Assembly: GCA_963702845.1 (NCBI GenBank) | Contig: OY969763.1 | Span: forward strand, 5,600,001 to 5,664,000 | Direction of reading: 5' to 3' | DNA: 64,000 nt | Source: an uncultured Verrucomicrobiae bacterium | Lineage (GTDB): Bacteria; Verrucomicrobiota; Verrucomicrobiia; Limisphaerales; Palsa-1400 | Shown here: positions 10,455 to 20,391 of the stretch, in pieces | Layout of the letters: the number at the start of each line of letters is the position of its first letter | Numbering within the stretch: position 1 is the first letter of the stretch | Made by a program: the position numbers and the translations under genes | Notes under the pieces: model-generated | The model's input: the letters and a program-made list of their open reading frames with translations, nothing else | Databases searched by the model: none | Told to the model about the DNA's origin: nothing

Positions 10455-12098
10455 ATGAAAACGTGCTGCCGCTGCATGGCGTATCTCGTGTTTCTGCACG
10501 CCTGTTTTTTGGCAGCGTTCGCGGCCAAGGCAAACGTGTACGCCACGAATTTGCGCGTCAATCATTCGACGAACAACGCGGCCGTTTCCTCGCCTAACCC
10601 GGTTGAGATCAGTTATATCCTGAACGAAGACGCTTCGGGTGGAGTTACGGTTCAAATCCTTTCTAACACGAATCTGGTCACAGCTTTTGAGTTTGGTTCT
10701 GGTGGATTGGGAGCACTGCGCGGGACGAATTCGGTTTTTTGGAATGGAACAGATGATGATGGTGATCCGGTTGCGGAAGGACTTTATTCGGTTTCGGTGA
10801 CGGCGCGCTCGACGGGTTTTCTCACTTGGACGCAAACCACGGATGATAACAATGATGGGAACTTCGTTTTCGAACCGCGTGGTATCGCGGTGAATCAAAA
10901 CAGCAACAGCGCGTATTATGGTCGTGTGTTCGTCGGTAATGCCCATGCAAGTGGCGGCGCGATGGACAAACCCGGCGCGAACGTCGGCATTCTCAAGCTC
11001 AACGCGGACGGGAGCGGTGCGGATGAAGGCATCTTCAGCACGGGCGATTATCCGTGGGCCGGTGATTTTTATAGTCCGTGGAAGATTGAGGTCGCAGCAG
11101 ATGACAAGGTTTACATCAACGATTGGAATGCGCTGACCGAAGGAATCGTCATTGCGTTCGACGAGGAAATTTCGGCGAATCGCACGATCGTTTTGGCTGA
11201 CAGCAATTGGCCGAAGGATGGATTTGCGGATTTGAGCGGCCCTTACGTCACGGGCAGTGGGACAAACACACAGCTTTGGATGGCGGACGTCAGCACAAAC
11301 TTTGGCGGGAGCGTCGGGATTGTGGGATTTAATGTCGATACGAATGGCGTGGTGGCCGATGGCGATATGGGGTTCACCGCGGTTTCGGCGACGAATTCGG
11401 ATTTGGACATGGCGCCGTATGATGTGGCGCTGGATCGGGCGGGGAATTTTTACACGATTCAACGCGTCACCGATTTGGATTCTCCTGAAAATCGAGTGAT
11501 GCGGTTTCCGGCTTTTGACGGAACGAATGCGCTGACCGTGGCGGATTGGAAGGTGGGAACGAACGACGACACTTTAATAAATGCGTATGGTATCGCCGTT
11601 AACCCGAGTGGGACGTATGTGGCCGTGGCGGTGCGTGGTTACGGCGCAAGTGGGGAGTTCGAGAATGGGAACGTCTCGGTATTCGATGCGACGAACGGGA
11701 ATTTGGTGACGACCTTCAGCGATGGAACAAACTCCTATACGGACGTGGCGTGGGATAACGTTGGAAATCTTTATGCGACGGACGAGGCGACGAGCGTTTG
11801 GCGCGCTTTTTCGCCGCCGGATGCCAATCAAGCGACGACCGTTTCGGTGCCGTTGATCCAGGTCTATTCCGAAATTTTGCCGCCGCGATTCACCACTCCA
11901 GCGTTGAATGACACACAGGATGGATTGCAATTTTCGCTGATTGGCCAGAGCAACGTGACTTATCTCATTGAATCGACGACTGACCTTCAGGCGTGGTCGC
12001 CGGTGATTACGAATTACAGCAGCACATTGGCGGAGCGGCCAATCACCATCCCGCTCACCAACGACGTGATGTTCTTCAGGGCTTCAGTGCGTCCGTAA
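10455..12098 (+). CDS. Secreted protein: FlgD-like Ig domain, beta-propeller repeats and conserved C-terminal module
   Basis: Signal peptide; VFWNGTDDDGDPVAEGLY (FlgD-Ig-like); PRGIAV/PYDVAL/YGIAV/DVAWDNVGNLY repeats; ends in ...W...FFRA. Confidence 0.75.
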   Translation: MKTCCRCMAYLVFLHACFLAAFAAKANVYATNLRVNHSTNNAAVSSPNPVEISYILNEDASGGVTVQILSNTNLVTAFEFGSGGLGALRGTNSVFWNGTDDDGDPVAEGLYSVSVTARSTGFLTWTQTTDDNNDGNFVFEPRGIAVNQNSNSAYYGRVFVGNAHASGGAMDKPGANVGILKLNADGSGADEGIFSTGDYPWAGDFYSPWKIEVAADDKVYINDWNALTEGIVIAFDEEISANRTIVLADSNWPKDGFADLSGPYVTGSGTNTQLWMADVSTNFGGSVGIVGFNVDTNGVVADGDMGFTAVSATNSDLDMAPYDVALDRAGNFYTIQRVTDLDSPENRVMRFPAFDGTNALTVADWKVGTNDDTLINAYGIAVNPSGTYVAVAVRGYGASGEFENGNVSVFDATNGNLVTTFSDGTNSYTDVAWDNVGNLYATDEATSVWRAFSPPDANQATTVSVPLIQVYSEILPPRFTTPALNDTQDGLQFSLIGQSNVTYLIESTTDLQAWSPVITNYSSTLAERPITIPLTNDVMFFRASVRP

Positions 12099-12134
12099 CA
12101 AAGCACCGGTTGACGGGCGGCGCGGGGCTTTCTA

Positions 12135-12533
12135 ATGTCAATCATGCCAAAGAACGAAATTCGCGATCCCGAAAAGGAAAAGACCACAGGCGCATACTCC
12201 GCTGCTGTTGAAACGGACGGTTGGGTTTACTTGAGCGGGCAGGGGCCAATCGACCCGAAGACGGCGCAGGTTGTCCGCGGCACGATTGAAGAAGAAACGC
12301 AGCTCGTCTTGACCCATCTTGAACGCATTTTGAAAGCGGCGGGATGCACGCTCAATGATGTGGTAAAGAGCACGGTCCACCTTTCGGATATCAAAGAGTT
12401 CGACCGGTTCAACGGCGTTTACAAAAATTTCTTTAAAGATGTTGCGGTGCTGCCCGCGCGCACGACGGTGCAATCGGTTTTGTGGAATAACATCAAAGTC
12501 GAGATTGATGTCGTCGCGAAGAAGGCGAAGTAA
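12135..12533 (+). CDS. RidA/YjgF family protein
   Basis: GAYSAAV, YLSGQGP, DVVKSTVHL, PARTTV, VEIDVVA. Confidence 0.9.
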   Translation: MSIMPKNEIRDPEKEKTTGAYSAAVETDGWVYLSGQGPIDPKTAQVVRGTIEEETQLVLTHLERILKAAGCTLNDVVKSTVHLSDIKEFDRFNGVYKNFFKDVAVLPARTTVQSVLWNNIKVEIDVVAKKAK

Positions 12534-13535
12534 TCAGAGCGGTTTTACTTCAACAAACTGCGGTTTGGATTTGTCGATGCGGATGGGGTTGCGTAAGGGG
12601 CGGCCGAAACCTTCGAGTTGGATTTCCATCACGTCGCCGTCTTGCAATGCCACGCCGTCGCGAAAGCTGAAGACGTCGGCGCCGAGGAAATGGATGTGGG
12701 CATCGCCGGCACGACGGTGTGCGGGGTATTTGAAATGATGATGCTCGAGGTTGGTGACTGTGTGGCACATGTTCGATTCACCGGTTGAGAACGGCTCGCA
12801 CCAGATTGCTTTTCCGGCGCGTTCGATTTTTACAGTTCCGTGTGAGCCTTCGAGGCCGCCGCCGACCACGATTTCAGGACCGATGGAGCAGGTGCGCAGC
12901 TTCGAGTGCGCGAGATACAGATAGTTTTTCTTTTCGAAAACGTGGTCGGAAAATTCGTTGCCGATCATGAAACCGACGCGGCGCGGGATGCCGTTGGGAT
13001 CGACGAGATAGGCTCCTGCGACTTCGGCTTCTTCACCGCCGTCGTCAGCAAAGTTGGGAACGTCGAGCGTTTCGTTATGGGCACGGACGATGGTGCCGCA
13101 GCCTTTGTAAAACCATTCGGGCGAAGCGCCGATTGTGCCTGGTGCAGGTCGGCCGCCTTCGACACCCCAGCGATACATTTTCATGCTGTCGGTCAATTCG
13201 GCATCGGCCTTGGCGTGCATGGCCTGGCGATTTGCGGCGCTGGCCTGATGAGTCAAACCTGTGCCAGTGACCAAGCAACGGGCGGACTCGTGCGGGTGAT
13301 CGAATGGGGGCAACAAACGCCATTCCGATTGGCCGTTGTAGACGCTGTCGTAATTGATTTCTTCAGCGGTGTTGCTGGTTTCGGCGAGGTCCTTGATTGA
13401 TTTCTTCAGCGCAATGGCAGCGAGGGCTAACTCGAAAACGGATTGATGTTCGGCGACGAGAACGAGAGCTTTGCCATTGACGATTGCGATGTGGCGACCG
13501 CGTTTTGGGTGCTTGATTTGGACCAGGCGGAGCAT
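12534..13535 (-). CDS. AraD1/GguC-like fumarylacetoacetate-hydrolase-family protein
   Basis: MLRLVQ start, GTGLTH, PEWFYKG, GNEFSDH, YLAHSKLR, LEHHHFKY, FGRPLRNP. Confidence 0.8.
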   Translation of the reverse strand: MLRLVQIKHPKRGRHIAIVNGKALVLVAEHQSVFELALAAIALKKSIKDLAETSNTAEEINYDSVYNGQSEWRLLPPFDHPHESARCLVTGTGLTHQASAANRQAMHAKADAELTDSMKMYRWGVEGGRPAPGTIGASPEWFYKGCGTIVRAHNETLDVPNFADDGGEEAEVAGAYLVDPNGIPRRVGFMIGNEFSDHVFEKKNYLYLAHSKLRTCSIGPEIVVGGGLEGSHGTVKIERAGKAIWCEPFSTGESNMCHTVTNLEHHHFKYPAHRRAGDAHIHFLGADVFSFRDGVALQDGDVMEIQLEGFGRPLRNPIRIDKSKPQFVEVKPL

Positions 13536-13708
13536 GTCGAAATCATAACCAAGTGCCGCCAAAGTGGAAGCAGGGAATCAACGCGGCTGCGCGATCGCTC
13601 GTTCGGTCAAAGGGGTGATTGCAGGAAACCTGTCGTCGCGTTTACAGCATTTCACCGATTGAGTAACTGCCCGTGCGATGAAACGGTTTGCAAAGGAAGA
13701 TAACCATT

Positions 13709-13978
13709 ATGAAAAAACTATTAGCGATAGCGAGTGCAGCAGTCTTGTTCGTCGGCTGCAGTGGCAGTGACCAGGGAACCAGTGGGTCATCATCGAGTGG
13801 CTCATCGAGTTCACGCGGCAGCATCAATGAGCCGTCAGGTTCCTCCACGAGCACGAACATGAACATGAACACCAATTCAAGTAGCGGGGCTCAGGGTTCG
13901 AGTAGTTCGCCTGCGGCACCCAGCAGTTCACCAAGCAGCAGCGGGTCGTCGAGTGGCAGCTCTCACAGCACTCCGTAA
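13709..13978 (+). CDS. Small Ser-rich lipoprotein
   Basis: MKKLLAIASAAVLFVG-C lipobox, upstream AAGGAAG, low-complexity S/G/P body. Confidence 0.75.
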   Translation: MKKLLAIASAAVLFVGCSGSDQGTSGSSSSGSSSSRGSINEPSGSSTSTNMNMNTNSSSGAQGSSSSPAAPSSSPSSSGSSSGSSHSTP

Positions 13979-13999
13979 CGCAGTGTTTGTAGCATTGAG

Positions 14000-14031
14000 A
14001 GGCGGTCGGGCATTTGGCTCGACCGCCTTTT
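14000..14031 (+). terminator. Intrinsic terminator between convergent genes
   Basis: AGGCGGTCGGG-loop-CTCGACCGCCT followed by T residues. Confidence 0.7.
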
Positions 14032-14058
14032 GCCCTTCAGGCGAGTCGGTTGACTTTG

Positions 14059-15285
14059 TTATTGGAGTCGATAGACGTGGACGTCGAATTGGCTGAATCG
14101 ATCGCTGAATGTGCCATTGCTGACCGCAACGTTTCGTCCGGGTTCATAGAGAACCGCACCGCTCGTTATGCTTGCCGGCAGGCCGCTGAAGGTGACGGTT
14201 GCATCGCCGTGATTTCGTTTGCACGCGAGTAGGAAAATTTCTGTGCCTACCTGGCGCACGCAGTATTCGATATCAGGCACGTTCGCTTTTACAGGCAAGT
14301 TTGAGTTCGGTTCAAGCAGCGCGGGGTATAACGGACCTTTGGCACCAATCTGCGCGACGACCGGGCGAAGGACATTGTTCCAAAACGTCCAGTTCCAGCC
14401 GAGTTGCGCATCGCGACGGTTCATCGCTTGTGTCACGTTGCCGCCGAAATAAAGCAACGCGTTCGCGCCGTTAATGATCGCTTCGTAGGTCATGAAGCGT
14501 TCTTCTTTGAAATTCGGGAACACTAATTTTTTTCCCGGTTTTACCACGCCACTCCACGCGATTTGTAGGACCATCCACACTGGCATTTTGCCGCCGCCGA
14601 CCTTCTCCATGATGCGGGTGTAATCGCCGACCATGCTGATTTCCGTGTTGGTCTTGAATTGCGAATGGATGCCCGGCGGCACGCTGATGGGATAAATGTC
14701 CGCGCCGACAACATCAGCGGTGACATTGTATTTGCGCATGCTTTCAATCGTGCCGCGCGGTGCCTGGATCAGAACCATCGGATGGTTTGGATCAAGCTCG
14801 CGCACGATTTCCCGCACCCGAATCAACGGCGCTACGGGGTGGTTGCCCCATTCTGGTTCGTCTTCGCCTTTCCAGGCACCGAACCCGGGATGGTTTTTGA
14901 AATGGTTGACGACATTGCGCAGCATGGCTTCGCGCTGCGTTTCGCCGGGTTTGATGCTGGCGATATCGCCGAGGTAAACGAGGCAATGCATGCCGTTACG
15001 TGCAGCGGCGTCTTCGTATTTTTGCTCGTAGGCGATTTCCTCTTTGTTCCATTTGCCCTTGCCGGTGCGCATGAACGTCGCGCCGGCCTCGGCAAGTTCC
15101 TGGATGCCATTTTTTCCAGTGGGAGTCTTGCCATCGGGCGGCGGCGGTGTAGTGAAGCCTATGGGGAAAACTTTTTTTCCATCAATTTGAAAAACGAGAT
15201 CGGGGCCGTAGGTCGTTTTCGTGGCAAAACACGCAGACGACGCTAACAGCCACGCAACGATAAGGGGCACAACTTTTCGTATCAT
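14059..15285 (-). CDS. Secreted protein, possible glycoside-hydrolase-like TIM barrel
   Basis: Signal peptide; KNHPGFGAWKGEDEPEW, DPNHP, ADVVGADIYP resemble clan GH-A-like motifs. Confidence 0.6.
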   Translation of the reverse strand: MIRKVVPLIVAWLLASSACFATKTTYGPDLVFQIDGKKVFPIGFTTPPPPDGKTPTGKNGIQELAEAGATFMRTGKGKWNKEEIAYEQKYEDAAARNGMHCLVYLGDIASIKPGETQREAMLRNVVNHFKNHPGFGAWKGEDEPEWGNHPVAPLIRVREIVRELDPNHPMVLIQAPRGTIESMRKYNVTADVVGADIYPISVPPGIHSQFKTNTEISMVGDYTRIMEKVGGGKMPVWMVLQIAWSGVVKPGKKLVFPNFKEERFMTYEAIINGANALLYFGGNVTQAMNRRDAQLGWNWTFWNNVLRPVVAQIGAKGPLYPALLEPNSNLPVKANVPDIEYCVRQVGTEIFLLACKRNHGDATVTFSGLPASITSGAVLYEPGRNVAVSNGTFSDRFSQFDVHVYRLQ

Positions 15286-15427
15286 GACGCGGAACTACTA
15301 CGTTTCTATTCGGCAAAACCCAAACTAGCAATCGCAATCGCGCAAGTGGAGAAACAGATTAGTTTGCGATTAGTATTCGCCCCGTAGCATTTCCTGCTTC
15401 CAGCGGTACATTGTTTCAGGAGGGAAT

Positions 15428-15670
15428 ATGGTGGTTGTTGAAGTCATCATGCAGGCGAAAATGATTCTGGTCGGACCGTTCGAGAATCACAATCAGGCGC
15501 TTTACTGGGTCCAGCAGATGTTGAAAGAGAATCCAGGGAAGACGACCATCATTGCGATTAATGACAACGAGCCGGATACGATCCGAGCGTATGTTGGAGA
15601 TCCAGAGGAAGTTCCGTCAGAGTTGCTCGCACCTGCGTTTGATTTGTTTAAAGAATTTCAGGAGCATTAG
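15428..15670 (+). CDS. Hypothetical protein (80 aa)
   Basis: Strong RBS (AGGAGG) before ATG; fills the gap between genes. Confidence 0.6.
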   Translation: MVVVEVIMQAKMILVGPFENHNQALYWVQQMLKENPGKTTIIAINDNEPDTIRAYVGDPEEVPSELLAPAFDLFKEFQEH

Positions 15671-16455
15671 GCGCTCAAATCTTCTTCCCCGGTGAGGCCC
15701 CAGCGGCGGCGGATTTTTGTTTCAATGATTCCGAAGAGGAACCGATCCAGGAATAGCCCGAAGACAATCGTCATAAGCATGATGCCGATGACTTGAGCGG
15801 CGTCGTTCAGCTCACGGCCCATGGCGAGGAGGAATCCAAGGCCGATGCTGGATTTGATCAATTCCGCGGAAACTGCGCCATGCCAGCCCAAGGTCCATCC
15901 CAGCTTTAGGCCGGTCACCACGTTCGGCAACGAAGCAGGCACAATGACGCGTCCGTACATGGCCCATCGTGGAGTGCCCAGCGTTCGTGCGGCGCGCAGG
16001 TAGATGGGCGGGATGTTCAGAATGCCATCGGCGGTGGCAATGGCCACGGCGGATGTCGAACTCATAATGACGACGAAATAAAATCCTTTGTCGCTCAGGC
16101 CGAAAATCAACAGCGATAGAGGGACCCACGCAGCCGTGGGCAACATTTGCAGGCCGAGAAAAAGTGATTTGAGCGTTTTATTGATGACCCAGCTTGTGCC
16201 CATCGCAATGCCGACAACTAAACCGATGGCCGCGGCGAGAAGGAAACCGAAGACCATGCGAAGGAGTGTGGTCTTGACGCTGGGCCATAGCAGATTGTCC
16301 TGGCCCAGTTCGATCAGCCGGTGGATAACTTGCACCGGCGTCGGAAGTAAATAATCCGGCGCGACACGCAGCGAAGCGAGCGCCTGCCAAAGAACCAAGA
16401 GCGAGAAATAGAAGCCCGCGACCAGCCATCCGCTTTTTTTCGACGTGGTTTTCAT
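15667..16455 (-). CDS. Sulfonate/nitrate-type ABC transporter permease (SsuC/TauC-like)
   Basis: LLPTP, RAARTLG EAA-type loop, VSAELI...GLG. Confidence 0.9.
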   Translation of the reverse strand: MKTTSKKSGWLVAGFYFSLLVLWQALASLRVAPDYLLPTPVQVIHRLIELGQDNLLWPSVKTTLLRMVFGFLLAAAIGLVVGIAMGTSWVINKTLKSLFLGLQMLPTAAWVPLSLLIFGLSDKGFYFVVIMSSTSAVAIATADGILNIPPIYLRAARTLGTPRWAMYGRVIVPASLPNVVTGLKLGWTLGWHGAVSAELIKSSIGLGFLLAMGRELNDAAQVIGIMLMTIVFGLFLDRFLFGIIETKIRRRWGLTGEEDLSA

Positions 16456-17240
16456 GGCCGGTTTGCCTGAAGTCGCGTTATCAGATCCTGCGCGTAGGAT
16501 TGCACCTGCGGGTCGCTGTAATTGCGCGGACGAGGCAGGTCAATTCGCATCTCGTGAATGACGCTGCCGGGACTTCCCGAGAAAACCATGACGCGATCTC
16601 CCAGGCAGGCGGCTTCCTGCATTTCGTGAGTGACGAAGATAATCGTCTTCCGAGTTTCCTGGTGAATGCGTTGCAACTCCGCGTAGAGCTCAAGACGAAC
16701 CACCGTGTCCAAAGCCGAAAATGGTTCGTCGATTAAGAGCAGGCGTGGGTCGGGAGCCAGCGCTCGCGCCAGGGCGACGCGTTGCTTCATCCCGCCGGAG
16801 AGTTCGTGAATATTGGCTTTTTCATATTGTTCGAGGTGCATCATGCGCAACAGGGACCTCGCCTTTTCACGGCGCGCGATGGGATGCAGCCAATTACGCT
16901 TCAGGCCGTACGAGACGTTGTCGATGACATTGAGCCACGGGAACAGCGCGTGCTCCTGGAACATCATCAAGCGCTCGGATCCCGGTTTGACCACATCTTT
17001 GCCATCGAGCGTAATTTTTCCTGAGCTGGGTTGGATGAAGCCGGCAATCAAGTTTAGCAGGGTCGATTTCCCGCAACCCGATGGCCCGACGAACACGACC
17101 AGTTCGCCCTTTTCAACATCCATGCTGACCGGGGCAAGCGCTGGCACGGATTTTTGCGCATTCGTTTCGAAAGTCTTCGAGACGCGGTCGACCACGAGTG
17201 TGATCTCCTTGCCATTACTTTGTGGGGCGGCGGTGGTCAT
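16452..17240 (-). CDS. Sulfonate/nitrate-type ABC transporter ATPase
   Basis: GPSGCGKST, FQEHALFPW, LSGGMKQR, LLLIDEPFSALD. Confidence 0.93.
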   Translation of the reverse strand: MTTAAPQSNGKEITLVVDRVSKTFETNAQKSVPALAPVSMDVEKGELVVFVGPSGCGKSTLLNLIAGFIQPSSGKITLDGKDVVKPGSERLMMFQEHALFPWLNVIDNVSYGLKRNWLHPIARREKARSLLRMMHLEQYEKANIHELSGGMKQRVALARALAPDPRLLLIDEPFSALDTVVRLELYAELQRIHQETRKTIIFVTHEMQEAACLGDRVMVFSGSPGSVIHEMRIDLPRPRNYSDPQVQSYAQDLITRLQANRP

Positions 17241-18271
17241 TTGGTGCCTGCGGCAACAGGCGGCAAATTCTTCTGATGCAAAACCTCGTTCAACAAACCC
17301 AGTTCGTAAATACCTCGCAGGTCGGGCTGTTGCCGCAAAAAATGGATCGTGTGCGCTGCTTGCGCCTGTTTATCCAACGAGCTCGCAATCGGATCCCACG
17401 TCAACTCGACCCGGTCGAGCGCTCGTTTAATGACGTCCTCGCGGAGGGCGCGACTGGTTTCCTTGCGGATTTGTTCGTTCAGAATGACAGCGGCTTTGGC
17501 TTTGTTGGAATTAATCATCTGGGTCAGTTGAACGTTGGCTTCCAATAGTTTTCGAACGGTGTCGGGTTGTTCTTTGAGAAATTTGCGAGTGACGACCAGA
17601 TGTGTTGTTACATATTTGCCCTCGGGCCAAAGCGTCTTCTCTTCCAGAAAAATTTTGCCGTTCGCTTCGATTTCCAATCGTGATACCCAAGGCTCAATGG
17701 TCCAGGCGGCGTCGATTTGTTTGGTCTTGAACATTGTGACCTGGTCGGGATTGGAAAGCGGGATTATGTCGACGGTGCCGCCTTGGACTTTCGGCTGGAG
17801 CTTATTTTCCAACAGCCAAATACGCGCAGCGACGTCTTGTGAGTTCCCAAGTTGCGGCGTGGCCAGTGTTTTTCCTTTGAAGTCGGGGATGTTCTGAATT
17901 CCCGAATCACTCCGAACCACCAACGCCGACCCGCCACTAGCTGCGCCAGAAATGATGACGAACTTTTCGCCGTGCGATTTAACGTAGCCGTTGATGGTTG
18001 GACTTGGGCCGATATAGGTGGCGTCGATGGCATCCGCGAACAGCGCTTCGATTGCGGTCGGACCGGCATTGAACGATTGCCAGTGGACCTCGACACCGTT
18101 GTTTTCTAAATAGCGTGTTGCGCGCGCATAAAGCGCCTGGGCGTGGGTGACGTTTGGGAAAAAGCCCAGCCGGATTTCAGCCGCATTTGAATCGTTCACG
18201 GCAATGAGCCACGCCATCGCTCCAAAAAGAACGACACGTAGACGTTGCAGTTGCGGGTGCGCACGGGTCAT
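17237..18271 (-). CDS. Sulfonate-type ABC substrate-binding protein (SsuA-like)
   Basis: Signal peptide, RLGFFPNVTHA, FNAGP, ATPQLGNSQD, IEPW. Confidence 0.88.
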   Translation of the reverse strand: MTRAHPQLQRLRVVLFGAMAWLIAVNDSNAAEIRLGFFPNVTHAQALYARATRYLENNGVEVHWQSFNAGPTAIEALFADAIDATYIGPSPTINGYVKSHGEKFVIISGAASGGSALVVRSDSGIQNIPDFKGKTLATPQLGNSQDVAARIWLLENKLQPKVQGGTVDIIPLSNPDQVTMFKTKQIDAAWTIEPWVSRLEIEANGKIFLEEKTLWPEGKYVTTHLVVTRKFLKEQPDTVRKLLEANVQLTQMINSNKAKAAVILNEQIRKETSRALREDVIKRALDRVELTWDPIASSLDKQAQAAHTIHFLRQQPDLRGIYELGLLNEVLHQKNLPPVAAGTK

Positions 18272-18409
18272 TAACCAAACAACAGTAACTCAAGCTGTTC
18301 GTTTGACAAACCTCAGCCGGCTTTGCTGCTTTCCCTGAGGGCAGCTCTTTGGAATTACGAGTCGTGCCAACTTGCATTTCGGCTTGAGCCAGAGCAACTT
18401 TCCTTTGCT

Positions 18410-18970
18410 ATGCAGCAGCCTGTCTCGTCCGTTGAACTTACTCGTGACTGTGAAGCCGTCCAAATTCCGGCCGGCACCACCGTGACTTTAAAGGCGGGCA
18501 CGCCAGTTGATATCACCCAGACCCTCGGCGGAAGTTATACCGTGCATTGCAGCGGCGGCCTCTATCGCATCGCGCCGAAAGACGCCGATGCACTCGGCAT
18601 AACCGAAGCAAAGAGCCTGGCAGAAATGGTTGCCGAACGGCCGCAGGCTTCCGGACCGGTCGATGAAAAATTGGTCTGGGATACTTTAAAGAGCTGTTTC
18701 GATCCAGAAATTCCCGTGAACATCGTCGATCTTGGACTGGTTTACGACATGCACATTGAACCGATGCCGAGCGGTAATAGCCAAGTGAAAGTGAAGATGA
18801 CTTTGACGGCGCCGGGTTGCGGTATGGGAACCATCATCGCGTCGGATGCGCAGCAGAAATTACTTTATCTCCCCGGAGTCGAAGAAGCGTCGGTTGAAAT
18901 CATTTGGGATCCTCCGTGGCATCAATCGATGATCACCGCGGATGGTCGAAGAATCCTTGGTTTGGAATAA
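18410..18970 (+). CDS. sufT: Putative Fe-S cluster assembly protein SufT
   Basis: RDCEAVQIPAG, ITQTLGGSYTV, FDPEIPVNIVDLGLVY, MTLTAPGCGMG, WDPPW. Confidence 0.88.
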   Translation: MQQPVSSVELTRDCEAVQIPAGTTVTLKAGTPVDITQTLGGSYTVHCSGGLYRIAPKDADALGITEAKSLAEMVAERPQASGPVDEKLVWDTLKSCFDPEIPVNIVDLGLVYDMHIEPMPSGNSQVKVKMTLTAPGCGMGTIIASDAQQKLLYLPGVEEASVEIIWDPPWHQSMITADGRRILGLE

Positions 18971-18974
18971 GCAT

Positions 18975-19748
18975 ATGAAAACACTTCTCACGTTGGTCGC
19001 CTGTCTTTTCGTCGCGCTGTCAAGCAATGCCCAGGACTGGGCCAAAGCGCGTCTCGCCAAATCGCCACGTCATCCGGAATGGGCGAAGGTGAAACATGGG
19101 AACCGGACCATCGACTGTTTCATCGTTTATCCAGAGGTGAAGGACAAGGCGACCGCGGTTCTCGTCGTCCCCGAGGTGTTCGGAATGACCGATTGGGTGC
19201 GCAGTGCGGCGGACCAGGTCGCTGCTGCTGGCTACATCGCGATAGTGCCGGATCTATGGTCGGGAAAACAATATGAGGATGTGAACGGCGCAATTAAAGC
19301 GACTTACGCTCTGCCGGAAAAACAAGTCACAGCCGATTTAGACGCAGCGGCCAAATATGTTCTCAGTTTGCCGTCGTATAACGGACAGCTCGTCGTCGCG
19401 GGATTTTGCTGGGGCGGCGGACAGTCGTTTAAATATGCGACGCACAATACGAAGGTGAAGGCGTCGTTCGTTTTCTACGGATCGCCCGCGGACAAGAAAG
19501 AGATGGCGAAGATTCAATGCCCGATTTACGGATTCTACGGCGGCAATGACAACCGCATCACGTCGACGGTGAAATCTACTGAGGAACAAATGAAGGCGTT
19601 GGGCAAGGATTACGAACCGGTGGTTTATGAGGGCGCCGGCCACGGTTTCATGCGCGCAGGCGAAGCTCCTGATGCCAAGCCCGCTGACAAAAAAGCCCAC
19701 GACGAAGCCTGGCTGCGTTTGAAGGACTTGCTCAGCAAATATAAATAG
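18975..19748 (+). CDS. Secreted dienelactone hydrolase family protein
   Basis: Signal peptide, EVFG, GFCWGG, AGHGF. Confidence 0.9.
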   Translation: MKTLLTLVACLFVALSSNAQDWAKARLAKSPRHPEWAKVKHGNRTIDCFIVYPEVKDKATAVLVVPEVFGMTDWVRSAADQVAAAGYIAIVPDLWSGKQYEDVNGAIKATYALPEKQVTADLDAAAKYVLSLPSYNGQLVVAGFCWGGGQSFKYATHNTKVKASFVFYGSPADKKEMAKIQCPIYGFYGGNDNRITSTVKSTEEQMKALGKDYEPVVYEGAGHGFMRAGEAPDAKPADKKAHDEAWLRLKDLLSKYK

Positions 19749-19755
19749 GCGCGGA

Positions 19756-20388
19756 TTAACCTTCGGTAATCGAAGCAACCTTTGCCGCTGCGGCTTTGGG
19801 GAAGGCGACTAAAGCCCGGAACGTCCATTCTTTATGCGCATCAATAAACTGCGCGTAATCAGTCGTGGTTCCGAGCTTTTCCCCCTGCGCGTCTAGAATG
19901 TCCAAAGTGACTTTGACACCAAACCGCTGTTTATCGGTGTCGTTGCGAATCGTGGCGACGGCGTAAATCAGGCGGCTCTTTGGAGATTTTTCGATCGTGA
20001 CCGGGCCAGGTTTGAGGCCGTTCCATAAATCCGGTTCCGGCTCAAGCTTTGGATGTGTCGCTACTACGCTCGTCGATTTTAATTTGGTATCTATTAGTTC
20101 CGTCTGTTGTCGCCGTAACTCGCCAAATCGCTTCAACAAAACGAATCCCCCAACGAAAACCAATACCACGACGGCGATGATGATCCAGATCAGGGGCCTG
20201 GACGACTTTGGGGTTGCGGCGATTAGTTCTTGATCCGGCAGCGTGACTGTTTGCGCAGAGCTGGCCAATTGTGTTTTCTCCCCGCAATGCGGACACCGAA
20301 TCCATATGCCCACACCTTCGGATGGAAACTCAATGTGTCCGCCGCAGTGCTGGCATAAACATTTCGAATGAAGCTTGGTTTCAGACAT
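19756..20388 (-). CDS. Zinc-ribbon, single-TM protein with FxLYD-like C-terminal Ig domain
   Basis: CQHC...CPHC, one TM segment, VTLDILDAQGEKLG. Confidence 0.7.
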   Translation of the reverse strand: MSETKLHSKCLCQHCGGHIEFPSEGVGIWIRCPHCGEKTQLASSAQTVTLPDQELIAATPKSSRPLIWIIIAVVVLVFVGGFVLLKRFGELRRQQTELIDTKLKSTSVVATHPKLEPEPDLWNGLKPGPVTIEKSPKSRLIYAVATIRNDTDKQRFGVKVTLDILDAQGEKLGTTTDYAQFIDAHKEWTFRALVAFPKAAAAKVASITEG

Positions 20389-20391
20389 CGA

